Source: Convolutriloba macropyga
Taxonomy: Eukaryota
Assembly: GCF_964194025.1 (NCBI RefSeq)
Contig: NC_134475.1
Coordinates: forward strand, 30,442,001 to 30,506,000
Direction of reading: 5' to 3'
Length of the DNA: 64,000 bases
Shown: in pieces, positions 61,645 through 64,000 of the stretch
Position numbering within the stretch: position 1 is the first letter of the stretch
Layout of the letters: each line of letters opens with the position of its first letter
The notes under the pieces: generated by a model
Told to the model about the DNA's origin: nothing
The model's database searches: none
The model's input: only the letters and a program-made list of their open reading frames with translations
Program-made: the position numbers and the translations under genes

Positions 61645-62913
61645 ATGGATGACAAAACGATTGAGTTGCTGGTAGTTCCAAATCTGATTTCTGCTTATGA
61701 AGACGCAAACAAATCTGAACAAATTTTAAAGCACAGAGAAACGTCAATTGTGCAGCTAGAAAGCCTGCTTCAGTTGTTCGAAATCGAGAGCACACAATTT
61801 GATCGTGTATTGACGTCCGCTCAGCAAACAGCCAAGCTAATTTCTGTTCTGTTGCAGTTCTATGAAGCATCAGAGTGGTCTACGAAAGATCATGAACAAA
61901 TGTCTCGAAAGATTTTGAACCTTATCTGTAATAGCTACCGAGTTGAAAATTTAGAAGAGCTTTTTTCCATGCAACATGAATCGAATGCGCTATCGTCTGC
62001 CAAAATGGCCGCTAATAGTTTCAAATTTTTCCTGAAAAAGGTTGGTAAAGATAATTTCGACTCAAACCCGGCCGCTTGTAGTGCATGTATCACGATAATT
62101 TTGTCAACTCACGGAAGGAAAGTTGAGTCTTGTTTATCAATGTTTATGCCTTTTACCCTAAATCATCTAGACCATTATTTACCAGGTAATAAAATCAAAG
62201 GAATGAAACTGCTCACTCATATCTTGAAATGTATTACCAGTTCTGAGCTGCTTTTCACTGGACTTGGCGATGTATTTTATGAAACGCTGCATAGACTTGT
62301 GTTTTCAAACGAAGTTGAAGTTCTTGAAGTATTATACCCGTGTATGTTTCAACTATTGAGTAAAATATGTCGAAATCCTTCATTTAAAGAGACCTTCTGT
62401 GAGTGGAACAAATATGATGAATTAGTTACACTAACATTGCAACATATGCGTTATGAATCAGAACAAAGAAAACAACTTGTATTCTTACAGTCGATTTTGA
62501 CCGCCTTACAAGTAATGACGGTTTCTATGAGTAAACATGTTAAATTACTGCTGCAGGTTGTAAGCGAGTATTTTGACGGAAGTTTTGTTGTTTCAAATGA
62601 GAGCGCACTGCGATCTCTTCACGTTTTGGAAGAACTTGTTTTCATACTTGGCGGGAAATTGGATCCAAGCTCATGTGAAGAACTAGTGAAGTGTTTATTC
62701 CAAGTGGTTGTTGAGCTGGAGAACAGTTTACAAGTGCGTGAAAAGTGTACTGAACTGTTGAACACTTTGTACAGAGAGAATGTGTGTGTGAAGAAGGCGT
62801 TGGAGGGTCTGAATGTTGGGAGAGAGGAGGATAAAGAGGGAAGTTTGAGTAATGTTTGTCCGCATTTGGCACAAGTTGTGTTGGAGGTTGTCAACTCTAA
62901 CCGCGAAAAGTAG
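61645..62913 (+). CDS. TTI2: TELO2-interacting protein 2-like HEAT/ARM protein, intronless, 422 aa
   Basis: The motif MPFTLNHLDHYLPGNKIKGMKLLTHIL..ELLFTGLGDVFYETLHRL..LEVLYPCMFQLL resembles the Tti2 domain. Composition is leucine-rich and helical. Confidence 0.8.
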   Translation: MDDKTIELLVVPNLISAYEDANKSEQILKHRETSIVQLESLLQLFEIESTQFDRVLTSAQQTAKLISVLLQFYEASEWSTKDHEQMSRKILNLICNSYRVENLEELFSMQHESNALSSAKMAANSFKFFLKKVGKDNFDSNPAACSACITIILSTHGRKVESCLSMFMPFTLNHLDHYLPGNKIKGMKLLTHILKCITSSELLFTGLGDVFYETLHRLVFSNEVEVLEVLYPCMFQLLSKICRNPSFKETFCEWNKYDELVTLTLQHMRYESEQRKQLVFLQSILTALQVMTVSMSKHVKLLLQVVSEYFDGSFVVSNESALRSLHVLEELVFILGGKLDPSSCEELVKCLFQVVVELENSLQVREKCTELLNTLYRENVCVKKALEGLNVGREEDKEGSLSNVCPHLAQVVLEVVNSNREK

Positions 62914-63118
62914 TTTGACGTTCATAATCCTGTGGAATGCGTCAATTTATTTTGAGCTGTGTTATGCGTATCGAAACGAATTACTCTTCCATGGGAGAAC
63001 GGCATCAGGTTAAAATCCTGACGGGGAAGTTTTTGGTGAAGACATAGCAATTTGAGTTTGGTGTTTTTGGGGACCATTGCCTAAATTTACCTAATTTTTG
63101 TATTGAAGTGTTTGATTG

Positions 63119-63216
63119 TTCATGAGAACAACTGATTGTATGTTTTGAGGCTCCAGAATTATTGTACCACTGATTATTCATGAGAACAACTGATTGTATG
63201 TTTTGAGGCTCCAGAA
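63119..63216. repeat. Short tandem duplication, 58-bp period
   Basis: ttcatgagaacaactgattgtatgttttgaggctccagaa occurs twice. Confidence 0.85.
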
Positions 63217-64000
63217 GGCACCAGTCCCTGCGCTTTCTCAGAGCCTCCAAAAATTTCTTGAAAAACTTGAGCTGATGAAAAATTGTAGGGATAGAATTTA
63301 TAATTGTTTTCACACTAAATTAGTTGCAAATTAAATTAGAAACTGCTGAAAACTCCTGATTTTTGCCCGAACAAGCTTTAAGTTTCTGAATTTGCACCTT
63401 GTCAGTGAGTAGTCCTGTCCAAATGGTCGTAGGTATTGACTTATTGACTTTTAGGGTAATCATTTCAGATAAGTTGGATGCTGTCAGCAGGACACGGTCT
63501 GTATGGGACATCAGAGTGTGACTTAACAGTAGTCGTGTCTCTCTTGTGAGCAGAGCAGCTTAGGACAAAAACTATCAGGCGCAACATTACTGCAATCGAC
63601 CTCCGTCCTTAATTCTGTGCAAAATCTGCCCTAACGTGCACTGGGGAGGGAGGAGGCGATTCAGCTGCAGTCAAGGGTAAGATTCATACCTCTTCTCTAA
63701 GTCAATTTTCTTTAACTAAAGTGATAACTGACTGTAATACATGCTGCTCGAGGAAAAAATTGAATTGTTGATTTTTTTCAGTTGCAAACTGATAATAAAA
63801 GTTGAACTCATTGTCAATTTTTTTGCAACGAAAAAGACTTCCTGATGTCCATTGACCTACTGGAGCTGTCAGCAGAAGGCATGTCGTTTACTCAGAGGGT
63901 GTTTAAATTTGGCCAATTTTCAAGTGCGAAAAAATGATTGTATTGGATATTGTACTCCCGGTCTTAGGTATTTTTGCTCCCTCCTATCATCCCTCCAGAT

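Overview
AT-rich animal (metazoan) nuclear DNA with four assembly gaps (21384-21583, 33045-33281, 36377-36517, 37753-38286). It is not prokaryotic, and I found no rRNA, tRNA or CRISPR. The intron-poor, repeat-rich style suggests a marine invertebrate, possibly an acoel, but that is only a guess. Host genes: an unidentified spliced minus-strand gene (exons 7084-7447 and 5-537), a tight minus-strand pair CEP76 then parvin, a two-exon abLIM/UNC-115 gene, and a tight plus-strand pair MRPL32 then TTI2. Four of the five identifiable genes have intronless CDSs with a splice acceptor 5-9 nt before the ATG. The centre holds a dead Mag-like Ty3/Gypsy LTR element of about 11.5 kb with an internal duplication of about 4.5 kb, a gag ATG formed by the LTR/PBS junction, and a very long integrase tail. 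Next come a degenerate CRE-like RT preceded by PHD and SGNH-esterase remnants, a near full-length CR1-group LINE whose ORF1 and ORF2 are separated by one in-frame TGA-C, an RTE fragment, and many tandem and dispersed repeats. All protein assignments come from motif recognition by eye; no searches were run.
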